37,314 nucleotides of DNA from Octopus bimaculoides (Eukaryota). The notes under the pieces are model-generated. The model was not told the DNA's origin. It saw only the letters and a list, made by a program, of their open reading frames with translations, and did no database searches. Shown one piece after another: positions 23,404 to 36,699 of the stretch. Where the stretch lies: NCBI RefSeq assembly GCF_001194135.2, contig NC_068992.1, forward strand, positions 45,830,962-45,868,275, in the 5' to 3' direction. A program made the position numbers and the translations under genes. How positions within the stretch are numbered: the first letter of the stretch is position 1; each line of letters starts with the position of its first letter.

Positions 23404-25649
23404 AAGGTATACATATTCATAGCTGTTATAACACATGCATGCACACACACACATTTTGTAGTTATGTACAGCACAGTATAAAAAAACACAGCTATAAAAC
23501 ACAACCTAGTTAGTGGCCTATTATATTGTACTGAACATCAAAAGTGGGTTTGTAACTTGTCAACGGAGAATTCATGAGTGAGAAAAAAAAGAGCACACTC
23601 AGTATAAGAAAAACAGAATGGTGGGGGTGTTGGTGGGGGATTACTAATCCAGTATAAAAGGAAGCGTTTATTGTCATAATGTTATCAGCCACTTTGAATA
23701 TAATTAGTCTTTCTCATCTGCAAAGATAATCAAATACTTAGCAGATATAGTCAGCCAGAAGTGTATATCCAGGCACTGAAGATGTGAAAGATAATATATA
23801 CTCAAAAACTCAAAAGATTTTTGCTAGCAGCAAGAAAAAAAGAAGTGGTGTGGAGAGTCAACTTCTGAAGTGCTCATACTATTTTTATATATGTGGTTTT
23901 CCTTTGTGAATCTTAATGTTCCAAGTTCATAATTTCAAGTTTTGCCTTTTCTGAGAACTGTTTCCTGTGGTGATTCTCACTCCCAAAAAACCCAGGCTCT
24001 ACACATCAAAGTCAAATACATTAAGATCAATAATTTACAATTTTGTTTTAATAATATACCAACTCTATGTGATCTTTGTCCTGACTTATGAAGAACCTTC
24101 CACTGACAAATGAAATAGATTCACTGTTCTTATGCATGCAGTTTGTAAACAAAGGGGGGAAATAGATCTAATACACTGACCAGTGATACTTGGCCTTATC
24201 AACCTACATGTATTATATACATATGGCTGCAAGAAGCTCCTAACTTGAAAACTGACCAACAAATCTAAGTTGAAGTTGTGTGTGAAACAATTAAAATGTT
24301 TACCCAGATCAGCATTCAAAGATGCCTGAATGGTTGAATCATTAAAGTGCTGGACAAATCTATTTTGCAATACTTGATCTGGCTCTTTACGTATTGAGTC
24401 CAGATCTTGCCCAGATCGACTTTCTCTTACAACATTCCTTGGTCAATAAAATAAAGTACCATTTAAGTAAGGATGCTCAATTTATCTAACTGTCAATCTG
24501 TGCCAATGCACCAAGATGGAACAATAAATCAGAAATACCAATTTCCCCAATGACCAATTTCCCCAATGCTCTGGTAACAGGTGAAGGAACAGCTGTTAAA
24601 GTATATTGAATTTACATCATTGTTATCAACATTTGATGACCTGTATTACCTTCAACACAGCATACATACACATTCTTGTAGACATATATAATTCACACAC
24701 ATACATACACACTTCGTGTATGATTTATCCTACCATTCACTTACACAAATACATACTCATTCTAAAAGCAGACCCTGTTAAAAAGGATAGCACAAAAACA
24801 AGATTGCTCTTCTAGTCCATATCTATGTCTAATGTAGCAATTACCACTAATCACAGTTTAAAGGTAGATTTATTTCACTGAGAAACAAATAAAGCCAATT
24901 TATGAAGTTAATTAAACAAATATTTGTAAATTAGCTTTATTTGACAACCAATATTTGCAGATAAAGATAAATTGGATAAGCTAATTCATGTTTATAGAGA
25001 CAAATTAGATGGTCTATATTTACTAAGAATTATGTCTTTATTTTGACGGTTTGGTTCATGAAGATATTATTTTAAGAACGTGTTCTCTCTGTTGTAATGA
25101 GAAACCGAGTAAATAAAATTTCACATCTAGACGGTTGATCACTCTCACTCACCATCAATCTCTTTTTGATTGATTGCAGGACATTTTGCTTGTATCTCTT
25201 TTTGTTTGTGTTTTATTTATTTTTTTATGTTAACATATTTTTCCCAAATTAATTTCCAATTGTAAATTTCATTAAATTTTCAAACTGTTGACACTTCGAT
25301 ATATTTTAAAAATTCATTAATAAATTGATGTGTTTCAGTAAAAAATTTAAATGAGTACAATAACCAGCATGTCAGACTACAGGTGTTTGAGAATAGTTAA
25401 TGCCATGCCTGCTAACAGTAGTTGATGGTTCATACCTTACAACTCTACATTGGGTCTGTGACCAATATATCTATTTTTAGGCCTGCTCAGCCAGTTAATT
25501 TGTAAATAGATCCACAGGGGAATGGATGATAAAACTAACAACACACCGAGGAAGCTTGAGAGTAACAGGTATTTAGACTGGCCTACATAAACCCTTGTAC
25601 TTTTTGTTTGTATTAATTGCAAGTGATTAGCTGTGTCCATCTGTTCTTT

Positions 25650-26200
25650 CACTCGATAGACTTTTGTATACATTCACAAGAGCAATTAAGGATATTGATA
25701 AACCTATTAGTGGAAAAAAATTCAATATTATTGATGCTGTGGATAAAATAGCTGATGCATTGGTTGAGATGAAACTCTCAGCTATGAATGGGTTGGAACA
25801 CACATATGGCAAAACTTATCAGTCCTTTCACAGGTTTTCCACCATCAGGTCTATGTTGGGTTCAGCAAATTATTGTATGACTGGTAAATGATGCAGGTTT
25901 TCAGGATGACAGAATGGTTGAATAAAAACAAACAGAAAAGTGCTGTTGTCAGAACAGGAACGAGCTTCAGTGGATTGCAAAAAATATGGTAATAGTTTCA
26001 GCACTTACAAAGAAAAATTTACAAGATAATGCTGATAAGTGCCCTAACTGTGAATGTGAGGCAAAAATTACAATTGCAAGAACTGCCGAAAATAAGATCA
26101 GTTCTTGCGCGATATGTCAAACAATTTTTGGATGAGTTCTTCACAACTAAAGCAGACACTGATAATGTTGCTGATGATATATAAGCAATAACATAGAGTC
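25650..26200 (+). mobile_element. Degraded pogo/Tigger-like transposase C-terminal region
   Basis: TFTRAIKDID..SGKKFNIIDAVDKIADALVEMKLSAMNG (cf. Tigger FWKxFNIxDAIxNIxxAWxEVKxSxMNGVW), with a later KQFLDEFF-like end. Confidence 0.55.
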
Positions 26201-26269
26201 GCACTGTGGAATTGATATTTATTGTGATGAGACAATAAATACTGATGAAACTACTCAAAGGTACTCTAT

Positions 26270-26410
26270 TCCTGGTCCTAGAGATTGAACATGGGTGCAA
26301 CGAAGGCAATTGAAAATAACATTTGCTCAAGGTGCCATAGAGTGAGATAGAACCTGGGATTTTATGGTTGTGAAGCAAACTTCTTTGGCATCCTGACATA
26401 CTGGCTATGT
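26270..26410 (-). mobile_element. SINE fragment (family A-like head)
   Basis: ACATTTGCTCAAGGTGCCATAGAGTGAGATAGAACCTGGG...GCAAACTTCTT resembles 5445-5510 and 10435-10500. Confidence 0.55.
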
Positions 26411-26982
26411 GTGTGTGTGTGCAATTGATATACACATAAATTTATAAGCATACACACAGATATATGTGTATATGGATATATATATTTAAAGTATGGACAT
26501 CCATGCGTATGTGTGTATATGCATGCGATGGAGATATCTATAAAGTGTATGCAAGAATATGTTATATATTATTAAGGAGAAACTTGACTACAAATTAAGA
26601 AGCAGCATGTCCCAATTTTAGACTTGTGTGAAACAATTGCGATGGAATTAATAAAATATTCCCAAAGCTTAAACAATTATTCACGCTCATGATCTAACAA
26701 AATTAGACCTTACCATTCTTCCTTTCATTAATTCCCTCTCTTCTTCACTCACATCTCTTTCTTTATTAATAGTAGAGTGTTCTACTCCATGTGCTAATAT
26801 TTCCATGGCAGATATTTTAAATCGTGCTGTATAGTAGGAATATGAAAATATGTATGGTGCCAGTGTAAACATAAGGTTTCGCTAATCTATTTAAACAGCT
26901 GGAGGTGGATGACTGCTATTAATTGTCTGTGGTTAAATGAACTCATTGGAACATCAGAATGAGTCATGGTATGCAAATGATT

Positions 26983-27031
26983 AATAATAATAGTAATGAT
27001 AATGATGATAATAATAATAATAATAATAATG

Positions 27032-27068
<37 letters not shown>

Positions 27069-27083
27069 TAATAATAATAATGA
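26983..27083. repeat. (AAT/GAT)n microsatellite
   Basis: Direct reading. It explains the poly-Ile ORFs. Confidence 0.95.
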
Positions 27084-27124
27084 TCCTTTCTTTATTAGCC
27101 ACAAGGGTTGACAAAAATAAGATT

Positions 27125-27320
27125 ATGGTAGCATTCATCAACTTAAACAAGAAGAACATCCAGAAGAGATGCAGGAGATTCCAGATCCCTCTGGAGACCG
27201 TAGTTGAAGCCGATGGTGATTTTATTGAATAAATTTACTCTTCAGTATTTCAAGATATTTTTATGTAATTTTGGTAAATATATCTCTTGAAATGAGATGT
27301 CAGTGTTCTTTTCATGATAA
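27125..27320 (+). mobile_element. Tc1/mariner-superfamily transposase extreme C-terminus plus 3' flank
   Basis: MVAFINLNKKNIQKRCRRFQIPLETVVEADGDFIE* (cf. ACxRFRxRLEAVVEAxGxxxE*), with the stop at 27230-27232. Confidence 0.6.
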
Positions 27321-28440
27321 ATAATAAATGATGCATGAATAAATATAATACACCAAAAAGCATCCCTGACCCATCAGATATCCTGGAGTATACCAAACAC
27401 TGTGCAACCAATACAAGTTAAATGCTTGTAAGGATTAAATTCTCTGTACGCATAACCTAAATATGTCACTAGATATAGTTCAGTACCCAGTATATTATTT
27501 ATTCGACTAAAGGTGGTGTTTACAAGTTAATTCGACCAAACCTGGTACCCTAGTGCCTACCATTCAAGTACCTGATTCTCTCCCGAATTTTTTATATTGT
27601 ATATATATGCATGCGTGTACATACATATATGCATATTGTTGGTTTATTTCACACAACTAGAAGAGCAGTTGACAATAAATGTTGTAGAGGATATGGATTT
27701 CATTCCGTCTGAAAGCTTGTCCCATGATCTGAGTTTCTTGCCACTCCAATCCCCAGGCATGAACTGTTAAATCTGAGCATTGATGATTTATTTATATTCT
27801 TTCACATGTGTTTATGGTCTAGCACTTGTTTATGTTCCATTTTTTGACTGAGTGTTGTTTTCCTGGCCTCTTCATTAGTTGTGTAGGTTAGTTCTTGTGT
27901 GAAATATGATGTTTGTATTTCTTGTAATTGTAGGTGGAACTGGAGGCTGGTGTTTGTGCTTGTTCATTGGATTGCATTTCACTTTTATTGATTGTGTGTT
28001 GCATCTCTGGACCCTTCACTGGTTGTTTTGGTTAGTTTTGTAATGTGGTGGCTGTAATTGTAGGTGGAGGAGTGTGTTATTAATTTGTTTGTGATTTGTT
28101 GATGGTGGGACATTTTTTTCAGCCACTGTGTGTGTATGTAAGGCAGCAAATGTTGTTTTGATAAATGATGGTAAAAATTTTGATAAATTGTAAAAATAAG
28201 TCTGTTATGAGTAGCTATATCCATAATGAATGGTGCTTTCATGGCTGAATGAACCTTGAGATTTGCTTTGTAACTGCAAAACCTCTGTTTTTATGCATGT
28301 TAGTAAGAAAATTTTATTTCCTTTCTAAGAAAAAGATATTTGTTCATTGATGTGGGTGTGTGCATGCAAACAGCCACATTGTGGCTGTCTGCATGTCTTA
28401 AGAATTTTGTATGTTTGAGATGTTTTTAAGGAAATATTTT

Positions 28441-28598
28441 CATGGTTGTGTGGTTAAGAAACTCACTTTGTAATCATGTTTTTGGTTCAGTCCCACTATT
28501 CCATACCTAGGCAAGTGTCTTAGTCCCAGATTGACCCATGTCTTTGGGAATTCGTTAACAAAAACTGTGTAGAAGCACACTGTGTGTGTGTGTGTGTT
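28441..28598 (+). mobile_element. SINE head (family A-like), degraded
   Basis: TGGTTGTGTGGTTAAGAAACTCAC...GGTTCAGTCCCACT...GGCAAGTGTCTT followed by (GT)n. Confidence 0.65.
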
Positions 28599-29779
28599 TC
28601 AGTCATGATCCTTCATCCCTTTCCACATCAAGAAGCACATCATCCAGTGTGTGCACTTTATGACTGCAGGGTTCTTGTGCTCATACACAAACATGGACAC
28701 AAATAGATTCACAAAAAATAGATTCAGAAGAAATAGAGGGAGAGGGAAGGGAGAGTGAGAGATAGATGAACAGTGATAGAGAAAATTAGTAGAAGTTGAC
28801 ACCCATTAAGGGAAAGAGAAAGAGAGAGAGTACAATATTTTGGACACATTGAGAATTGCTTAGTATGAAATCTGAAGAACATTTTAAATGCTATTATGAG
28901 TTTGTTCACAGAGGGTGAGGTCAGATGATTGACATAACTACACAAATTACTATAGCCCTTCTATGTGTATTTATGTATTTCTATATACACCTGCTTATCA
29001 GAATTTAAGCATACACATGTATGTATAGTTATATAGAATGTGTATGCACACGCACACACACACACATATATATATGCACACACATATAAGAATATGTGTG
29101 TTTTGTTTGTAAAGAAGGGTGTGACTAGTAGGTTCATATTAATAAATAACAAAATTTACTGCTGAGTTAAATTCACAATATTTTAAAGTTTATAAATAGT
29201 ATGTAAATTTATGATCCCATGAGATCTTAAGTAAAAGAATTTATTAATATCTCCAGGATTTCACGCTCTTAGGAATTTAGTGTACACAAGTGTACACAAA
29301 TAATATATCTCAGAGAAAAATTGTCACGTCACAATATTTTTGCAGACAGAGGCCATTAATAATTAATCGGAACATTGCACTTGTATGGTTTTGATTTTGC
29401 TGCTCCAAGATCAAAGAAGGATTTCAAATAACTACAGCAAACTCCAAAACTGAAAATGTCTTTGTTGATATCCGATTATGCACTTCTGATATTTCTTGCA
29501 GCAAATAGCTATATCCAGAATATGTGTTCACACTTCAGTCAAATGGAGTATTTAAGTGTGAACTATCTTGACCAATTGTTGATAACGTTGAAGTTTTCAA
29601 GAGTTTTATGGTTGTGGGAAGAAAGATTAGCCTGGTTCAGTTTTTTTTACATTCTCTCTTCTATTTATATAAATGTTTCACAAAATCTCTTTCAATTTTA
29701 GTTAAAAATAATTTGGTCAAGAATACTTTTGTTAAGCTATAAGATATTGTTTTTTATTACAATGTGTATATATACTCTT

Positions 29780-30030
29780 TTACTTTTTTACTTGTTTCAG
29801 TCATTTCACTGTGGCCATGCTGGAGCACTGCATTTAGTCGACCAAATCGACCCCAGGACTTATTCTTTGTAAACCTAGTACTTATTCTATCAGTCTATTT
29901 TGCTGAACCGCTAAGTTATGGGGACGTAAACACACCAGCATTGGTTGTCAAGGTGCCACGCAGTGGGACTGAACCCAGAACCATGTGGTTCGTAAGCAAG
30001 CTACTTACCACACAGCCACTCCTACGCCTA
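29780..30030 (-). mobile_element. tRNA-derived SINE (family A) with an internal deletion
   Basis: Nearly colinear with 10180-10525 but lacks the segment equivalent to 10294-10446. Confidence 0.85.
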
Positions 30031-30934
30031 TGTACCTATATGTATATATTTAAATGATGGTGATATATATGAATANNNNNNNNNNNNNNNNNNNNNNNNN
30101 NNNNNNNNNNNNNNNNNNNNNNNNNNNNNNNNNNNNNNNNNNNNNNNNNNNNNNNNNNNNNNNNNNNNNNNNNNNNNNNNNNNNNNNNNNNNNNNNNNNN
30201 NNNNNNNNNNNNNNNNNNNNNNNNNNNNNNNNNNNNNNNNNNNNNNNNNNNNNNNNNNNNNNNNNNNNNNNNNNNNNNNNNNNNNNNNNNNNNNNNNNNN
30301 NNNNNNNNNNNNNNNNNNNNNNNNNNNNNNNNNNNNNNNNNNNNNNNNNNNNNNNNNNNNNNNNNNNNNNNNNNNNNNNNNNNNNNNNNNNNNNNNNNNN
30401 NNNNNNNNNNNNNNNNNNNNNNNNNNNNNNNNNNNNNNNNNNNNNNNNNNNNNNNNNNNNNNNNNNNNNNNNNNNNNNNNNNNNNNNNNNNNNNNNNNNN
30501 NNNNNNNNNNNNNNNNNNNNNNNNNNNNNNNNNNNNNNNNNNNNNNNNNNNNNNNNNNNNNNNNNNNNNNNNNNNNNNNNNNNNNNNNNNNNNNNNNNNN
30601 NNNNNNNNNNNNNNNNNNNNNNNNNNNNNNNNNNNNNNNNNNNNNNNNNNNNNNNNNNNNNNNNNNNNNNNNNNNNNNNNNNNNNNNNNNNNNNNNNNNN
30701 NNNNNNNNNNNNNNNNNNNNNNNNNNNNNNNNNNNNNNNNNNNNNNNNNNNNNNNNNNNNNNNNNNNNNNNNNNNNNNNNNNNNNNNNNNNNNNNNNNNN
30801 NNNNNNNNNNNNNNNNNNNNNNNNNNNNNNNNNNNNNNNNNNNNNNNNNNNNNNNNNNNNNNNNNNNNNNNNNNNNNNNNNNNNNNNNNNNNNNNNNNNN
30901 NNNNNNNNNNNNTATATATATATATATATATATA

Positions 30935-31130
30935 TCACCATCATCATCATTTAAAGTCTGTTTCCCATGCTGGCATGGGTTGGATGGCTTGATAGGAACT
31001 GGCAATTCCAGAGACCACACCAGGTTCGATAGTTTGGTTTGGTTTCTATGGCTAGATGACCTTCCTAATGCCAAACACTCCACAGTGTACTGCGTGTTTT
31101 TTACATGGCAACATTACCACTGCGTTTACA
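30935..31130 (-). mobile_element. RTE-type LINE/SINE 3' tail
   Basis: (CAT)n followed by TTTAAAGTCTGTTTCCCATGCTGGCATGGGTTGGATGG...CTTCCTAATGCCAAACACTCC. Confidence 0.7.
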
Positions 31131-31383
31131 TGGTACCTTGGTTTTAGGATCTCAATTCTATTGCAGTGAGTGAGTCTTCTCAAGTACAGTAATCTATCAA
31201 ATTTCTCAGTTCTCTGCCATCTCCTTTGTAAAACTCAACATTTTGTGATTGGCTTTCAGTACTATTTCCTATGCTTCCCTGAGTCTACCTCTTCTACAAC
31301 ATCCCTCCATTTTAAGTGATATATATATATATATATCACTTATCCACATATATTGATGGTAATATTTATATGTGTGTGTGTGA

Positions 31384-31424
<41 letters not shown>

Positions 31425-31425
<1 letters not shown>

Positions 31426-31483
31426 TTTATTTAAAAGCAGCAGAAATATAACAAAAAAACCGTTACTCTGAGTTTCACGTTCC
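31425..31483. repeat. Second copy of the 59-bp hairpin arm, cut by an N-gap
   Basis: Identical to 33297-33355, preceded by (TA)n, and ends exactly where the gap starts (31484). Confidence 0.9.
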
Positions 31484-31956
31484 NNNNNNNNNNNNNNNNN
31501 NNNNNNNNNNNNNNNNNNNNNNNNNNNNNNNNNNNNNNNNNNNNNNNNNNNNNNNNNNNNNNNNNNNNNNNNNNNNNNNNNNNNNNNNNNNNNNNNNNNN
31601 NNNNNNNNNNNNNNNNNNNNNNNNNNNNNNNNNNNNNNNNNNNNNNNNNNNNNNNNNNNNNNNNNNNNNNNNNNNNNNNNNNNNNNNNNNNNNNNNNNNN
31701 NNNNNNNNNNNNNNNNNNNNNNNNNNNNNNNNNNNNNNNNNNNNNNNNNNNNNNNNNNNNNNNNNNNNNNNNNNNNNNNNNNNNNNNNNNNNNNNNNNNN
31801 NNNNNNNNNNNNNNNNNNNNNTATATATATATATATATATATGTAAATATATATACAAACACATATCTCTGTATGTATGTGTGTATGTATATAAGTATAT
31901 GTATATACAAGTATATGTGTGTGTATATATGTGTATATATATATGTATGTGTAGTG

Positions 31957-32290
31957 ATGGCACATGGCTCAGTAGTTAGAGTGTCGAGCTTACGATCATG
32001 AAGTTGTGAGTTTGAATCCCGGACTGGGCTGTGTGTTCTGTTCTTGAGCAGACACTTTATTTCACATTGCTCTAGTTCACTCAGCTGTAGAAATGAGTCG
32101 CGACGTCACTGGTACCAAGTTGTATCGGCCTTTGCCATTCCCTTGGATAACACTGGTGATGTGGAGAGGGGAGGCTGGTATGCTTGGGTGATTTCTGGTC
32201 TTGCATAAACAACCTTGCCCGGACTTGTGCCTAGGAGGGCAACTTTCTAGGTGCAAGACCATGGTCAGTCATGACCGAAGAGGGTCTTTT
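31957..32290 (+). mobile_element. tRNA-derived SINE (family C-related), near full length
   Basis: Head TGGCTCAGTAGTTAGAGTG (A-box-like) ... GAGTTTGAATCCC (B-box-like) ... TTGAGCAGACACTTTATTTCAC ... CATGACCGAAG. Confidence 0.8.
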
Positions 32291-32441
32291 AATATGTAAG
32301 TGTGTGTTTGTATATTTGTATACATGTATAAGTGTGTATGTAAGTACACACTTATACATGTATACANNNNNNNNNNNNNNNNNNNNNNNNNNNNNNNNNN
32401 NNNNNNNNNNNNNNNNNNNNNNNNNNNNNNNNNNNNNNNNN

Positions 32442-32473
<32 letters not shown>

Positions 32474-32580
32474 CTATATATATATATATCTATATATATA
32501 TATCATCATCATCATTTATATATATGTATATATGCATGAATGTATGTATTTGTGTGTGTATGTATGTGTGTGTGTGTGTA

Positions 32581-32616
<36 letters not shown>

Positions 32617-33265
32617 TGATAGCTAAAAAATCAGACGAATGTGCCACCACAATGCGGATATAGGTGTATTTATTTAATAACAAGTTGACACAGTTCTACA
32701 TTACTCACAATTTGAAGATGCAGATGCACATCTAAATCTTCAAATGTGCATTCATGAACATAACAATAAATTAGTTGTTTACAATAATTTTTTTTTTCTT
32801 TTCCTAATGAACAAGAAAAAAGATCTAGAAAAATCGTGCCATTATTATGAATCAATAGTAAATTTCCCAGCTCATGTTTTGAGAATATATATTAAATATA
32901 GAATCCAAACATGAAAGATTCTAGCTATTAATTTGCAACAATTTTCATACATGTGCCTATGTAAAATGCACATTGATATGTCAATTAGATATTTCATGTT
33001 ATAGAAATGTTATGGAAACAATGTACATAGATATTTTCATGTTTTTGTGTCAATGGAATACTTGGCATAGTAACGTTAAAGACATGCAAGCAATCAAGGG
33101 CCACTGCTATAGTCAGTTAAACACACACAAATTTACTGATGGAAATTCATTCAAGGGTCTGTTCAGATAGGACTTATCTACTACAGAGAGTGAGATTGCT
33201 GGCAAGATGGAATATTAGAAGCTAGCAGTTGACCAAAAAGAAGAGAATAAATTTTACATATTTTT

Positions 33266-33296
<31 letters not shown>

Positions 33297-33506
33297 CTTT
33301 ATTTAAAAGCAGCAGAAATATAACAAAAAAACCGTTACTCTGAGTTTCACGTTCCTGTTCATCGTTCCTGTTCATCGGGAACGTGAAACTCAGAGTAACG
33401 GTTTTTTTGTTATATTTCTGCTGCTTTTAAATAAAGCATATTACTCTACCTCTGGTATTTGAGTACTCTTTTTTCCACCTTGTTGCACATTTCATGTGCT
33501 TACTCC

Positions 33507-33508
<2 letters not shown>
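33297..33508. mobile_element. About 212-bp hairpin-containing interspersed element inserted in (TA)n
   Basis: Perfect 59-bp inverted repeat (33297-33355 and 33378-33436), a 22-bp loop, a 72-bp unique tail, and (TA)n on both sides. A second copy starts at 31425. Confidence 0.7.
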
Positions 33509-33577
<69 letters not shown>

Positions 33578-33695
33578 ATAGTTGAAGATAGTCATATTTT
33601 TCCAGATAAACACAACCATCCCCAAGGATAACAAAATCTGTTTCAACACACTATTTCACATCAAGAATCTTGCAAAACACATGCAAACTTGCACA

Positions 33696-33729
<34 letters not shown>

Positions 33730-34094
33730 TGTGTGTGGGTTGGTAGGTAGGTATATAGGTAAGTAGGTAGGTAGATAATCGACATTGGTTGTTCATTAAA
33801 AAATATTTAACAATTATTTCTTTGCAAAGAAAAGGTTGCTTTCTACGTAATACAATTATGATAAGAATAGTAAAGGCTTGTATATTAAATTTTAAAAATA
33901 AGTCTGGCATATTTTGATAACTCTGCTGCCACACTGGTTATGTGGTGTTATGTATTATATGTTATACTTTAACTGAAATTCTCTGCATTTTAAGATTAAC
34001 ATTTAGTAACATAAGCAAGTGTTCCAAAGATTAATAATGAAAATTAATTTGTATGTATGTGTAGGTGGGTGTGTGCCTGTGTGTGAATGTATAA

Positions 34095-34129
<35 letters not shown>

Positions 34130-34385
34130 GGTAACCATGCAAAGGATTGGCATACAAGGGTGGGATGGTGACTCAGAATGGTCCCCTGAACCACATTTTG
34201 TATACAGCACTCAGAAGATGGATAGTATGATCCATACTATAAATCCCAACTAGTTGGAGCTGGTTTTTCAGCCACATCGAAGGAGGGTGATTAATTATAT
34301 ATAACAGTCATGCAATTATGCATTTTATGATGTCTATCTTAATGAAACAGCTGTTGAGCACAAAGCAAGAAGTATATGTGGAATT

Positions 34386-34386
<1 letters not shown>

Positions 34387-34446
<60 letters not shown>
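34387..34446. repeat. (GT)n microsatellite
   Basis: Direct reading. Confidence 0.95.
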
Positions 34447-34447
<1 letters not shown>

Positions 34448-35949
34448 GTGTCTTTTAAATACCTAACATTTCATTTAATATTTTCAAGTTTACTTATTCA
34501 TAATGCTCAATACACTTTGCTTTATTTCTCTCAGTTTAAAATCACGCCCTTTCAGTTTTTACTTATTATAATGATGTGCACAGCCTCAATACACCAATTT
34601 TCGATTCCATGTCTATCAAATGCTCACCAATGAATGATCATCTAAAGTTTTCTTCTGTCAACTGCTGGCTAAGAAAAGTTTTTTAACTTTGTGTATCCTT
34701 CTATAATTTGATCCCACAAACTCATCCCTCATTCTATGTATCCACCTTTACCTTTCTTCTAACCTTTATTCCCACCTCTTATTCAAACTGAATATTCTCT
34801 GGATTTAACTTTTAAAGACATAACTGTAATAGAAATTCTTCACTATTTGATATTGATGCTTACAGAGACCAGTTTTAGACAAAGCAATTTAATATTTACA
34901 TACAGTTATTAATAATAACAGTGTTGTTGTATTTATACCTAGTTACAATGTACAATTTGTTCGTGCAGTCTCAGGAGAATATCAAATGGATGATATAAAT
35001 CCATCTGTTTAATACACATGGGAAATATCATTTATTCTGGAAGTTGACGTTTTATTTATGAAGTAAATTCTTCAACAAAGACAGTGAGAATGTTGAAATA
35101 TTCTTAGAATACATTCCTATTGTTATCTGATACTGGAATATTTCTACCATGATGACTTGAAGAATATTACCGTTTCTAAGACGAATAACAATCTCCGACA
35201 ATAGTTGAATGTTTTTGGTTTTCAAATAAAGCTACAGACAAACTGAAATCAATACTAAGCAGTCTTGTATTTTTATATCTGCTACAACACTACAGTTCTT
35301 TCAGTCAGTAACACTTAAAGAATGGAGATAGTGAAGGCACAAATTTATCTAGTGAGTCTATGTGATCATTTTTATATGGTAGCGGACAATGAGCAAAGGG
35401 ATATGCAGTTAACTTATTGCAGGCCTTGAAGTGGGCGATCTAAAGCAATTTAGACATTTAGAATACAATACAGAGTTATATCATGATAATATTCACTGAT
35501 TTAAGCATGGGAGTGATCGCTGGTTATTTGATTAGTTAGAGTCACATTCATTTACCTCCCATATTGAAAAACTCTCTTATAATGACGTTTGACATATATG
35601 TTGTGTTTCATTGATTTAATTCTCCTATTGGTATTCCACTGGTGGATTAATTCTCAAAATACTACCTTCACCTAATCCTAATCCATGCTATTGCTCATTT
35701 TGTGACATCACGTATCACACACTAAACACTTGCCCAATTATTTCTTATCAGAGCAGTCAACAACTCTCTGGAGATTCTTCACCTTCTAACTTTGTCCTGT
35801 AAATGTCACAAAAGAGAAATGCAACAAACAGAATAACTTGAATACTTAACATAAAATGGAATCTATTTATATCAATCACCTTGCAGCGATTGGCACCTGA
35901 TGATAATTGCACCATATCTGGAAACTGAAATAGTTTTTATAATTCAAGA

Positions 35950-36235
35950 AATTTGGCTCATGATTATAAGGTTGTGCGTTTGATTTTTGATTGTGTCCTT
36001 GAGCAAGGCACTTTATTTTCCCCACTGCACCAATCCACTCAGCTGGCAAAACTGAATTGTACCTGTAATCCAAAGGGCCCGCATTGTCACATTCTGTATC
36101 ATGATGAATCTCCCTGAGAGACAACGACATTAAGGATATGTGTGTCTTGCACGTTAGTTTCATGAACAAGATGTTCCATTGATCAGATCAATGGGAACAC
36201 TTGTTGTAACTCATGGAGTGCCAGTATTTATAATT
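35950..36235 (+). mobile_element. tRNA-derived SINE (family C), degraded
   Basis: GTGTCCTTGAGCAAGGCACTTTATTTT...CACTCAGCTGGCAAAA...CATTGTCACATTCTGTATCATGATGAATCTCCCTGAG, the reverse complement of 16700-16915. Confidence 0.7.
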
Positions 36236-36607
36236 GTTGCTCAATATATGCTGCTGGCCACTCAGTGCTCCCTTTGCTAATTCTCAATTTCATTTACTTA
36301 ATTTCCACTCCTCCATAAACATGCTTATTCGTTTTTGTGTCTATAGATATGCAAGATACTGAGGAGAGAATGGAGTAACTACTGTGTTGATGATGCCCAT
36401 TGAGGTAGCAACATGAATGCACATCTATCCACTTGTCTCTGGACAATACAACTTATCTTTTCTTTATTGACGTGTCAGTTTTCAAGAACTGTTGATACTT
36501 GAGATTGTCACCCTTTCTCATCTGGAGTCGATCCCAATCACCACCAGGCAATTGCTTTACCTTCTCTGGAAGCAGAAATTATTCCAATAAATCAAAAATG
36601 CATGGTA

Positions 36608-36652
<45 letters not shown>

Positions 36653-36699
36653 NNNNNNNNNNNNNNNNNNNNNNNNNNNNNNNNNNNNNNNATATATAT

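Noticed and set aside
25437-25673. Minus-strand ORF with a TM-like stretch (LLLSSFLGVLLVLSSIPLWIYL)
   Set aside because: It abuts the pogo-like remnant on the opposite strand, has a weak acceptor, is phase-incompatible with the 26753-26826 candidate, and shows no recognisable homology.
27750-28260. Possible Penelope C-terminal region on the minus strand, with repeated GTAATTGTAGGTGGA
   Set aside because: The resemblance is too weak to support by manual translation.
29380-29650. Kinase-like DIFSFGV on the minus strand
   Set aside because: An isolated short match among stops, with no other kinase subdomains.
32708-32749. Small hairpin ATTTGAAGAT...ATCTTCAAAT
   Set aside because: About 40 nt, too short for a pre-miRNA and expected by chance in AT-rich DNA.
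33340-33380. Hammerhead-ribozyme-like GAUGA...GAAAC on the minus strand of the hairpin element
   Set aside because: It lacks the canonical CUGANGA core (reads CCGAUGA or ACGAUGA), stem II would be only 2 bp, and no stem I/III with a cleavage triplet was found. An Infernal search on a corrected consensus could revisit it.
34800-35600. Short protein-like frames (e.g. YTWEISFILEVDVFIYEVNSS) suggesting a decayed gene or LINE endonuclease
   Set aside because: Frequent stops and no ordered motif set.
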